Source: an uncultured Candidatus Peribacteria bacterium
GTDB lineage: Bacteria > Patescibacteriota > Gracilibacteria > Peribacterales > Peribacteraceae
Direction of reading: 5' to 3'
DNA: 64,000 bases
Assembly (NCBI GenBank): GCA_964358505.1
Contig: CAYHOS010000001.1
Coordinates: 22,947 to 86,946, forward strand
Shown: in pieces, positions 56,374 through 64,000 of the stretch
Numbering within the stretch: the first letter of the stretch is position 1
Layout of the letters: every line of letters starts with the position of its first letter
Made by a program: the position numbers and the translations under genes
The notes under the pieces: generated by a model
What the model was told of the DNA's origin: nothing
What the model saw: the letters and a program-made list of their open reading frames with translations, nothing else
Database searches by the model: none

Positions 56374-56418
56374 CCCCTCTCCCCCTGGGAGAGGGGGGGG
56401 GGGGGGGGGGCCCCCCCC
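56374..56418. repeat. GC-rich palindromic element, copy D, fused to G18C8 homopolymer
   Basis: CCCCTCTCC-ccctg-GGAGAGGGG, then G-run 56393-56410 (18 nt) and C-run 56411-56418 (8 nt). Confidence 0.85.
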
Positions 56419-56873
56419 ACAGCAGATGGAGCGCCTGCAGCAACGTATCCACTCCCTTCATCGGTTCCAAACGTCCGGCGAAGAGGATGCGTCCCGGAAC
56501 TTTCTGGATCCTTCCGCAGGTCTCGCGGATGGACGCGTACGGTACCCCGTTGGGTATATGGCGGACGTCCTTGCGGCCGTAATGTTCCGAACGTGTGACG
56601 AGCGTCCTGCTGATGGCCGTGAGCGCGTGGGCGGAGCGGTACATGAGCGAGAGCAGGAACGACGTGTTCGTGCTCTGCTGCGTGAGCACGCGCTTGGCGC
56701 GGGGGACGATGAAGCGGCAGAGGACCAAGGCCAGCCCCGCGTAGGACTCCAGCACGGCATGGATGGCCTGCGGCTTGATCCTGCGGACCACAAACGGCGC
56801 AAGAAAGGGAAAGAGCCACTTGTCCCATGGGATTCCCAAGCCAACACGTATGACCTCGACATCACGATGCCCC

Positions 56874-56892
56874 CCTCCCCCCCCGGGGGAGG
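56874..56892. repeat. GC-rich palindrome CCTCCCCC-ccc-GGGGGAGG inside GT4 domain 2
   Basis: Read directly from the sequence. Contains an 8-nt C run and is translated in-frame as 'SSPGGGGGH'. Confidence 0.7.
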
Positions 56893-57624
56893 AGCCGAGG
56901 GAGAGGGAATCACGCCGGGGCAAATCACGACGTAACTTTGCCGTGACAATGGTGAACTCATACGTTTCCTTCAGTGCCTTCGGCACCTCCTCCGCGCACG
57001 CCTCCGCCCCGCTGCGGAAGGGGGTGAGGAAAGCCGAGAGGATGACGATACGGTGCATCTCCAATGTTGCATTCTTCTCCACTTCAAACAACTGCCGATA
57101 CGCGCGCCCAACCACGTCCCAGCTGAACACCTGCCCTATCCGTTGCCGCGCCGCTTCCCCCAAGGACTTCCGCTTGGCGGGATCGGCGATCAGCCGGCGG
57201 ATGTGCGCGGCGAGCGCTTGCCTGTCACCAGGAGGGAAAAGGAAGCCGGCCTGCCGGCCGTAGTCCCCCGATGGGGAGCGAAGGCCGGAGATGCCGTTCT
57301 GGAGGAGGAAGCCGTTGCCGCCCACGTCGCTCGCCACGCACGCGCAGCCGGACGCCATGGCTTCCATGAGTGCGTTCGAAAGGCCTTCGCTGTGGGAGGG
57401 GAGGACGAAGATATCCGTACCGGAGAGGATGGCGGGGATATCATCCCGAAGGCCGGTGAACGTCACTTGGTCCATATAGCGCAGGACGAGAGGATTGCCT
57501 TTCTTGAACCAACCGACAACCTGGATATGCAAAGGAGGGATCTCCTCCTTGATCGGCACCGCCGCGGCGAGGAAGTCCTCCACGCCTTTCACGGACTCCA
57601 ACCGCCCAATATACGTCACGGTCA

Positions 57625-57655
57625 ATTGGTCATTGGTGCTTGGGAATTGGTGCTT
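57625..57655. repeat. TTGGTNN-heptamer half-element inside GT4 coding sequence
   Basis: attggtcattggtgcttgggaattggtgctt, translated in-frame as 'GKHQFPSTNDQ'. Confidence 0.6.
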
Positions 57656-58106
57656 CCCGTAGGGCGCAGGATCAATCCCCGTAGGAATGACCGTCGTCTT
57701 CCGCGCAATCATCAGCTTTCTCAGGAGCGCGGGCGGCTGCGGATGGAACGTAACCACGCGGTCGGCGAGCAGGAGGAGCAGCCAACCCAGCGTCCATGCA
57801 TACAGGAAAGCGCCGAGCTTCGGCAGCCGGCCCCGCGGCCACCACGTGATGCCCACGAGCGCATCGGTGAGGAGGAGGAACTTCCGGCCGGCGAGCCGGA
57901 GGCGGATGCCCGCGAGCGACGTCCAGAAGAGGAGCTTGTTGATGACGATGCGGTCGGGCTTTTCCTCCTTCACAATCTTCCCTACGAACCGTGCGAAGCC
58001 GAAGGCGATGCCGTAGTTCCAGGGATCCTTGAGGAAGATGTCGCGCATCCTGTATATGGTGAGAGTATCGGAGACCTTCTCTACGTGCGTGCGCCCTATG
58101 GCCTCG

Positions 58107-58156
58107 CTCCCCCCTCTCCCCTCGGGGGAGGGGTCGGGGGTGGGGGGGCAGGGGGG
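58107..58156. repeat. GC-rich palindromic element, copy C (in-frame in GT4 domain 1)
   Basis: ctcccccctctcccctcgggggagggg followed by TCGGGGGTGGGGG and further G-runs. Encodes 'PPCPPTPDPSPEGRGGS'. Confidence 0.75.
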
Positions 58157-58295
58157 ACGAGGTCCCATGCAAACAACAACGACCCTATACCCCAACCTCT
58201 GCCACAATTCCGCCAGCTTCACCGAACTCACCATCCAGCGATGATGTTCCTTCCAGTACGGTGAGATGAGGAGGATGGTCTTCATAGCATGAACC

Positions 58296-58372
58296 GAATG
58301 ACCAAGGACCAATACCCAATGACCAATGCCCGGCGACGTTTGGTCATTGGTGCTTGGTCATTGGTGCTTTGG
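58296..58372. repeat. TTGGTNN-heptamer imperfect palindrome, copy 4
   Basis: gaatgaccaaggaccaatacccaatgaccaatg faces tttggtcattggtgcttggtcattggtgctttgg. The left arm is nearly identical to copy 3. Confidence 0.8.
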
Positions 58373-58727
58373 ATTGTCCTTCGGATGCTTCCGCCAACCC
58401 CGCCTCCCTCAACGCAAGATGCCGCACCAGCTTCGCATACTTCTGCTCCAGCTCCTCCAGCCGGATCACCAGGTAGAACACCATAAAGAAGAGGACGCCC
58501 AGGAACGTGACGATCACGGCGTTCTCCTGGTTCTCAATCCCCGTGATCGCGGAGAGGTACGAGAGGAGGTTGGGGTACAGCGCTACGATGGAAATGGCGC
58601 CCCAGAAGAGCGTCCACAAGCCCGCTTCCAGCACGCTCTTCCTCCGGCGCAGCACCAGGTTCCACGCGTAGAACACGGCGACGGCGGAGATGAGGGGGGT
58701 GATGATTTGGTAGGGCGTAAGGCGCAT
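58344..58727 (-). CDS. DUF2304-family small membrane protein
   Basis: Three TM segments plus a C-terminal 'RLEELEQKYAKLVRHLAL' helix. Downstream of a GT2, the usual partner of this family. Confidence 0.65.
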   Translation of the reverse strand: MRLTPYQIITPLISAVAVFYAWNLVLRRRKSVLEAGLWTLFWGAISIVALYPNLLSYLSAITGIENQENAVIVTFLGVLFFMVFYLVIRLEELEQKYAKLVRHLALREAGLAEASEGQSKAPMTKHQ

Positions 58728-58770
58728 GTGCCCATCATAGCGAAGAAAGGAGGTTGTGCCATACGACACG

Positions 58771-59460
58771 TCACCGGAGGAATGAACGGAGCAGGATCTT
58801 CAAGGCCGTCTTCACGCCGTTCGCGAAGGACTGCCCCTTGGCCATGGTGTACTCCGAGTAGATCACCTTGGTGGGCACCTCCGCCACGCGCCATCGGCGC
58901 GCCGCGGCCTCCCGCACGATCTCCGTGCAGAACTCGAAGCCGCTCATGCGCAGGTCGATCTCCTCCAGTGCCCTCTTGCCCAGCACCTTGAACCCCGACT
59001 GGCTGTCACTCACCCACTTACCCGCGGCGAGGAGGGTGAGGACGTTCCCGATGGCGTTGAAGAGGCGCCGGATGAAAGGGATGCGGTTGCGCCGCTTGCC
59101 CTGCATGATGAGGAAGGGGCCGAACCGGTTGGAGAAGACGATGTCGGCCGTGCCGTCCCGGATGGGCCGGAGGAGGGAGGGGATGTCCCGGGGGTCGTGC
59201 TGCCCGTCCGCGTCCAGCGTAACCACAGCGTCCGCCCCCAGCCTCCGCGCCGCCTCGATGCCGGTCATGGTGGCCGCCCCAGCCCCGCAGTTCTGGTGGT
59301 GCCGTAGCACGCGGGCGCCCCCTGCTTCCGCCGCCTCCGCCGTACCGTCATCCGAACCGTCGTCCACCACCACGACGGCATCCGTCACCTTCCGCGCGTC
59401 CGCCACCACCTGCGCGATGCGCTTGGCTTCGTTGAACGCCGGAATGACCGCGATGAGCAT
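58771..59460 (-). CDS. GT2-family glycosyltransferase (polyprenol-phosphate type)
   Basis: 'AVIPAFNEA', 'VVDDGSDD' and 'LDADGQH'. Confidence 0.8.
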   Translation of the reverse strand: MLIAVIPAFNEAKRIAQVVADARKVTDAVVVVDDGSDDGTAEAAEAGGARVLRHHQNCGAGAATMTGIEAARRLGADAVVTLDADGQHDPRDIPSLLRPIRDGTADIVFSNRFGPFLIMQGKRRNRIPFIRRLFNAIGNVLTLLAAGKWVSDSQSGFKVLGKRALEEIDLRMSGFEFCTEIVREAAARRWRVAEVPTKVIYSEYTMAKGQSFANGVKTALKILLRSFLR

Positions 59461-59466
59461 GGGGTG

Positions 59467-62298
59467 CTACGGGATGAGGATGAACGCCACGCCCTGGCCG
59501 GCGTCGCTGATGACCACCTGCAGGCCGAGGGAGGGGTTATTGAGAAAATCCACGAACGCCTGCGCCTTCTTGTGCAGCGACCCTTCCGAATCCTTCTCGA
59601 TGGTGGCCGTGTTCGTGTCGAAGACGATGCTGTTGAAGCCCAACGCCTTGAGGCGCTTGAGCGTGAGCTGCGGATCCCGCTCCTGGTTGAGGCAATTGAA
59701 GTTGTCGAGCTGGTGGTCGGTGATGCCGATGATCTCCAGGTTCTTGGGGATGAAGTAGGTGATGAAGGTCCCCACGCGGTACAGGTACGGGCGGTCGGGC
59801 ATGGTCTCATGCCGCTGCACCACGACGTCGCGGATCTGGTCATAGTAGGGGATGGTGCGGATCCGCAGCGTATCGGCGTCCACCTTGCCGAACGGGTACT
59901 CCAGCAGGTTCCTCTGCTGCTCGAACTGCCAGAAGCGCATACCGAACGCAATGATGAGCGAGAACGCAACGAGCGTTACGGCTGCCCCCCGGTTGAGCAC
60001 GTCCGGCGCGCGGGCAACAAGCGCCTCCAGGGCGATCGCCAATCCCAGGAATACGCCGATGCCGTACCACGGGATGCCGTTGGCCAGGAACATCCACTGC
60101 ACGAGGAGGACCGACGTCGTGAGGAAAAGCCAGCGCAGCCACCTTCCCTTCCTCATCCAAAAGGCAGGGAGGAGGAGGAGGAGCGGGAAGAGGAGGAGGG
60201 CGGGAATAGTGGTGACGTAGTACCCCGCGGAGTCGATGTTCATCACCGAGCGCCAGGGGAGGGTGAAGTAGTGGCCCCATCCCCTGCGGAACCCCCAGTA
60301 CCGGTCCAGTTCTTCCACGCCACCGGTCGGCTGGCAGGCGGTATTGTTCGGGTCCAGCTTCAGCTCCGGCGGGAGCGATTTCACCACCTGGCCGGGCAAT
60401 CCCCCCCCGTAGCCCTTCACGTCGATCACGGGCGTGAGCGTATTGGGCAGGCCGAACGCGAGGCGGGGAATGATGCGGCCTTGCTGGAAGTTGTTGTTGA
60501 GGATCCACGGCGCCACGGCAATGCCGATGCCCGCGATAAAGGCCAGCAGGGCACCGACGGCGGGTTTGCTCCTCCCGCGGAGCTGGAGGAACAGGACGAA
60601 GAAGAAGACGGCGGCAAGAGACAAGAGGAGCCAGGGGACACCCGCCATGAGCCATGCCTGGGGCGTGCCGCCCAACCGCTCCACGAGCCGCTGGATATTC
60701 AGTCCGCCGAGACGCGCGAAGGCGAACATGACGAGGAATAGGGATCCCGCGAATCCCGCCCAGTGCGCAAAGCCCAGGATGACCGTCACGATCGCCATGA
60801 CCACCATGGCCGCCGTGGCCTTGGTGGCGAACGCGAAGCCCGCGAACAGGCCCGCGAGCGCCGGCCACTGCCACCCTTGAGCCAGGAACACCTTCCAGGA
60901 AGGGGAAGCAGGAGCCTCCGGTGGCGATTCCTCCGCGTCCGCGGGGAAGAACCGGACGAACGCCGCGTACATGGCGAGCGCGCCGAACGCGAACACCGCG
61001 TTGTCCACCTTCATGTCCGCGAAGGAAAAATGCCCCACGAGGGGGAGGCTGTAGTAGAGGAGGGCGGCGAGGAAGCCCGTTCCTTTTCCCAAATACGTTC
61101 GGGCGAAGAGGACGACGGCGAGCACCGCCAGTACGCCCGCCGCCCAGTTGACCATCATGGAAGCGATGGCGCCGAAGATGCTGTCGTACCCGAAGAGCAG
61201 GAACCCGAGCGACGTGAGGTACTCCCATTGGAACGGCGCCATGGAATGGATCAAGTGCCCGTAGCTCACGAGCAGGCGCGGGCGATTCAAGTAGCTTCCC
61301 AGGTCATCCCACCCGATGGGGAACGGCCGGACGACGGTGAGGAAGTTGAGGGCAAGGTAGCTGAGGAGCAGCCAGAGGAGCAGGGCGCCCGCGCTGTGCC
61401 ACGGATAGTCCATGTCGTACGCCTTGATGAAGAACGTGCGGGCCCAGTGCACGCTCTGGCGGTAGAGGAGGATGGGGAGGCCTATCGCCAGCGCCCACCC
61501 AAGCGGGGCGCGGAAGATGCCGAATACCGCCAGGAGCCACAGCATGGCGATCCAGCCGCACGCCCCCAGCCCCGCGCTGAGCGCGAATTCCTGGAGGTCA
61601 TCCTTCACGGGGGCCCGGAAGAGCCGCAGGAGGAACTTGCCGAGGACGAGGAACTCGAAGAGGAGAGCCAGGACAAACAGGATTTGCGGCACGGCCCGCG
61701 TGAGGAACCCTCCTTGCACGCATACCCCCTTCATCCTGTAGATTTTGATGCCGCTAGTGCTCTCGCCCAGAAGCGTTAGACATCCCCGGTCCTGGAGATC
61801 GTTGAAATTCTCCTTGAGGGCGTTGAGCGCGCGCTCGCCGATGTCCCCGTACGCCTGCGCGGTGGGTTCTACCATCTGCAGCGCGGGTACATCGCCGGAT
61901 GTCCCCATGCTCAACGTGGTGAAGAGCAGCCACGCGCACGCCACGAAGAACGCGAGGATCTGCCACTGCTTCCAGCGCATCTGCAGGCGGAACTGCCCCG
62001 TCTTCACGCCCTGCCACCCCACGAAAAGCAGGTAACCGATGAGGGAGAGGATGGCGTACGCAAGGAAGGGGGACGCGCGCCCGAACGTGTGGGAGAGGAA
62101 GGGGAAGAAGCCGTTGAAGCCGCGGCAGATGTACCCTCCCCCGGGGCATGCCGCGCTCACCTCATTCTGCGCCGCATCGGAGAAGAGGACCATGCCGTGC
62201 ACCTCCACACCGAGGTAGGAAAGAAGGCCGTACCCCCCCCACAGGAGTAGGGCGGCAAAGAGCGCGATGGAGAGGATTTGCACCGTTCGTTGCTTCAT
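59467..62298 (-). CDS. large (943 aa) polytopic membrane protein, possible GT-C glycosyltransferase
   Basis: Internal ATG 62298 ('MKQRTVQILSIALF'). About 20 hydrophobic segments and a C-terminal soluble domain. Confidence 0.5.
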   Translation of the reverse strand: MKQRTVQILSIALFAALLLWGGYGLLSYLGVEVHGMVLFSDAAQNEVSAACPGGGYICRGFNGFFPFLSHTFGRASPFLAYAILSLIGYLLFVGWQGVKTGQFRLQMRWKQWQILAFFVACAWLLFTTLSMGTSGDVPALQMVEPTAQAYGDIGERALNALKENFNDLQDRGCLTLLGESTSGIKIYRMKGVCVQGGFLTRAVPQILFVLALLFEFLVLGKFLLRLFRAPVKDDLQEFALSAGLGACGWIAMLWLLAVFGIFRAPLGWALAIGLPILLYRQSVHWARTFFIKAYDMDYPWHSAGALLLWLLLSYLALNFLTVVRPFPIGWDDLGSYLNRPRLLVSYGHLIHSMAPFQWEYLTSLGFLLFGYDSIFGAIASMMVNWAAGVLAVLAVVLFARTYLGKGTGFLAALLYYSLPLVGHFSFADMKVDNAVFAFGALAMYAAFVRFFPADAEESPPEAPASPSWKVFLAQGWQWPALAGLFAGFAFATKATAAMVVMAIVTVILGFAHWAGFAGSLFLVMFAFARLGGLNIQRLVERLGGTPQAWLMAGVPWLLLSLAAVFFFVLFLQLRGRSKPAVGALLAFIAGIGIAVAPWILNNNFQQGRIIPRLAFGLPNTLTPVIDVKGYGGGLPGQVVKSLPPELKLDPNNTACQPTGGVEELDRYWGFRRGWGHYFTLPWRSVMNIDSAGYYVTTIPALLLFPLLLLLPAFWMRKGRWLRWLFLTTSVLLVQWMFLANGIPWYGIGVFLGLAIALEALVARAPDVLNRGAAVTLVAFSLIIAFGMRFWQFEQQRNLLEYPFGKVDADTLRIRTIPYYDQIRDVVVQRHETMPDRPYLYRVGTFITYFIPKNLEIIGITDHQLDNFNCLNQERDPQLTLKRLKALGFNSIVFDTNTATIEKDSEGSLHKKAQAFVDFLNNPSLGLQVVISDAGQGVAFILIP

Positions 62299-62333
62299 GG
62301 GAAAAGAAGGAGGGAATCGGGAAGAGGGTAGCA

Positions 62334-62364
62334 GAACAATGAAACAATGGAACAATGAAACAAT
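62334..62364. repeat. tandem octamer repeat (RAACAATG)x4
   Basis: gaacaatg aaacaatg gaacaatg aaacaat, in the divergent region upstream of sufS. Confidence 0.8.
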
Positions 62365-62378
62365 CCGTTGCGCAATGA

Positions 62379-62384
62379 TATGAT
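62379..62384 (+). promoter_or_regulatory. extended -10-like TGATATGAT, 9 nt upstream of sufS ATG 62394
   Basis: Recurrent pattern. Confidence 0.45.
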
Positions 62385-62393
62385 ACCGGCACG

Positions 62394-63629
62394 ATGCTCC
62401 CCGTAGCCGCCATCCGCCGGCAATTTCCCATCCTCGCGCAGGAGATCGACGGCTATCCCCTCGTGTACCTGGATAATGCCGCCACGGCACAGAAGCCGCT
62501 AGCCGTGCTGGAGGCCATGCGGGAGTTCTATGAGCACGACAATGCGAACCCCCACCGCGGCATGCATCCGCTCGCAGCCCGCGCCACCGCGGCCATGGAA
62601 CGGGCGCGGGAGGCCGTGGCGTCGTTCCTCTGCGCCGCGCACCCCGGGGAAATCGTCTTCACCAAGAACGCCACCGAGGGCATCAACATCGTCATGCACG
62701 GCTTCCGGAGGAATTGGGGGAAGGGGGATACCGTGGTGCTCAACCCGCTGGAACACCACAGCAACATCGTGCCGTGGCTGCTCCTGCAGGAAGAGCGGGG
62801 CATCGACATCGCGTGGATGGAGATCGACGCGGAGGGGAACGTGGACCTCGCCTCGCTCGAGCGCATCCTCCGGGGGAAGCGGGTGAAGCTGGTGAGCATC
62901 ACGGCGTTGAGCAACGTCTTCGGGAGCAGGCCGCCGCTGGAGGACATCATCGCGCGGGCGCATGCGGCGGGCGCACTGGTGCTGGTGGACGCGGCGCAGG
63001 CAGTTGCGCACTTTCCCGTGGACGTGGCCGCGCTCGGGTGCGACTTCCTCGTCTTCTCGGGACACAAGATCTACGGCCCCACGGGCATCGGCGTCCTCTA
63101 CGGGAAGACGGACATCCTCTCCGCGCTCCCGCCCCTCCTCGGCGGCGGCATGATGATCCGGGAGGTGACGCGGGAATCCTTTACGCCGGCGGATATCCCC
63201 GCGCGCTTCGAAGGCGGCACACCCCCCGTGGCGGAAGCCGTGGGCCTCGCGGCGGCCATCGCCTGGTTCCGGCAGTACGCGTGGGAGGATATCGAAGCGC
63301 ACGAGCGCTCCCTCCTCGCTCTCGCGAAGCAGGAACTCTCCGCCATCCCCGGTCTCCGCTGCTACGGACCGGAGGATTCCGCCCGACGCTACGGGACGCT
63401 GTGCTTCACCGTGGATGGCATCCACCCGCACGACCTCACGGAACTTCTGGGGAGACAGGGCATCTGCATGCGCGCCGGCCATCACTGCGCGCAGCCGCTC
63501 CACGAGCGGTTCTCCCTCCCCGCCACCACGCGCCTCTCCGTGGCCCTCTACAACACGGAGGAGGAGATCCGCGCCGTCGCCCCCGCCATCCGCGAAGCCC
63601 AGCGGCTCTTCTCTCCATCTCCTCCATGA
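62394..63629 (+). CDS. sufS: cysteine desulfurase SufS
   Basis: 'FLVFSGHKIYGPTGIGVLYG' (PLP Lys) and 'RAGHHCAQP' (catalytic Cys). Confidence 0.9.
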   Translation: MLPVAAIRRQFPILAQEIDGYPLVYLDNAATAQKPLAVLEAMREFYEHDNANPHRGMHPLAARATAAMERAREAVASFLCAAHPGEIVFTKNATEGINIVMHGFRRNWGKGDTVVLNPLEHHSNIVPWLLLQEERGIDIAWMEIDAEGNVDLASLERILRGKRVKLVSITALSNVFGSRPPLEDIIARAHAAGALVLVDAAQAVAHFPVDVAALGCDFLVFSGHKIYGPTGIGVLYGKTDILSALPPLLGGGMMIREVTRESFTPADIPARFEGGTPPVAEAVGLAAAIAWFRQYAWEDIEAHERSLLALAKQELSAIPGLRCYGPEDSARRYGTLCFTVDGIHPHDLTELLGRQGICMRAGHHCAQPLHERFSLPATTRLSVALYNTEEEIRAVAPAIREAQRLFSPSPP

Positions 63630-64000
63630 CCGACACCCTCTACGCCGAGAACATCCTCGAGCACTATCGCCACCCGCACCGCAAGTCCCCGCTCGCGTCG
63701 CCCACGGTCACGCATGAGGAAGTGAACGTCAGCTGCGGGGACCGCCTCACGCTGCAGCTCATGATAAAGGAGGGGAAAGCGGAGGGCGTGGGGTGGGAAG
63801 GGAGCGGGTGCGCCATCTCCCAGGCATCCATGTCGCTGCTCTCGGACGAACTGGCGGGCAAGACGGAAGAGGAATTGGAGCAGATGACGCCCCAAACGAT
63901 CCGCGGGCTCTTGGGAATAGACGTGGGCCCGCAGCGGATCAAGTGCGCCCTCCTTCCGCTGCACGCCCTCAACAACGCGCTGCGCAAGATGAAGGGCTTG
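63626..64000 (+). CDS. sufU: SufU/IscU-type Fe-S scaffold (3' partial, runs off window)
   Basis: My translation from ATG 63626, which overlaps the sufS stop as ATGA. Gives 'NVSCGDRL', 'GSGCAISQAS' and 'KCALLPLHAL'. Confidence 0.8.
   Translation, partial: MTDTLYAENILEHYRHPHRKSPLASPTVTHEEVNVSCGDRLTLQLMIKEGKAEGVGWEGSGCAISQASMSLLSDELAGKTEEELEQMTPQTIRGLLGIDVGPQRIKCALLPLHALNNALRKMKGL

Larger units (their letters stand above)
55926..58285 (-). pseudogene. tandem double-GT4 glycosyltransferase interrupted by a frameshift at a G18C8 tract (phase-variable or disrupted)
   Basis: GT4 domain 1 (58285-57059) runs without a stop into GT4 domain 2 ('MHRIVILSAF', 57058). Domain 2 continues in ORF 55926..56828 ('IVGDGSRRR...EALGNVFLEAQAAGCAVVAT') after a frame change inside 56393-56418. 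Confidence 0.7.

Noticed and set aside
46767-58372. CRISPR array interpretation of the TTGGTNN repeats
   Set aside because: The units are only 7 nt, directly abutting, with no spacers. They are arranged as inverted arms, and no cas genes are present.
1-64000. Alternative genetic code (TGA as sense) and mobile-element or prophage content
   Set aside because: TGA ends conserved proteins at their expected C-termini and forms the ATGA overlaps. No transposase, integrase, phage, tRNA or rRNA signatures were seen.

Overview
GC-rich 64-kb window, almost entirely a cell-surface glycan biosynthesis super-cluster. No rRNA, tRNA, CRISPR, transposase or integrase is visible. Taxon cannot be assigned from sequence alone. 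Layout: (1) 0.1-9.2 kb holds a non-canonical nonulosonic-acid (NulO) module: a NeuB-family synthase, a NeuA-type cytidylyltransferase, a CBS-DegT aminotransferase, a formyltransferase, a TIM-barrel isomerase, a methyltransferase and an amidine-forming WbuX/HisH/HisF-like triad. (2) 9.3-13.4 kb holds a low-GC methyltransferase and two divergent KpsS/Capsule_synth-like paralogues. (3) 13.4-26.9 kb holds a complete pseudaminic-acid pathway (pseB, pseC, pseF-type, pseG-GNAT fusion, pseI). It also carries a second amidotransferase triad, an extra GNAT, a Gfo/Idh/MocA oxidoreductase, a formyltransferase, a methyltransferase and a PIG-L deacetylase. (4) 27.0-28.1 kb is an orphan hypothetical gene with its own TTGACA/TATTAT promoter, strong SD and intrinsic terminator. 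(5) 28-62 kb is an assembly, export and modification region. It contains an MsbA/PglK-like ABC exporter, about 10 GT-B glycosyltransferases (GT4-type plus an exostosin-like one), 3 polyprenol-phosphate GT2s, GtrA, DUF2304, 4 large GT-C-like membrane proteins, a UPF0104 flippase-like protein, an FrhB-like redox protein, rmlA/rmlB, a second NodB deacetylase and five more methyltransferases. (6) sufS and sufU sit at the right edge. Structure not explained by the genes: a dispersed family of imperfect palindromes built from 7-nt TTGGTNN units at gene junctions; a GC-rich CCCCTCTCCC/GGGAGAGGGG palindromic element inserted in-frame into coding sequences; a G18C8 homopolymer that frameshifts a tandem double-GT4 gene; and TANNNT boxes 6-10 nt upstream of start codons at nearly all operon heads, suggesting leaderless transcription. 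Many long antisense ORFs in the track are high-GC artefacts and were not called.
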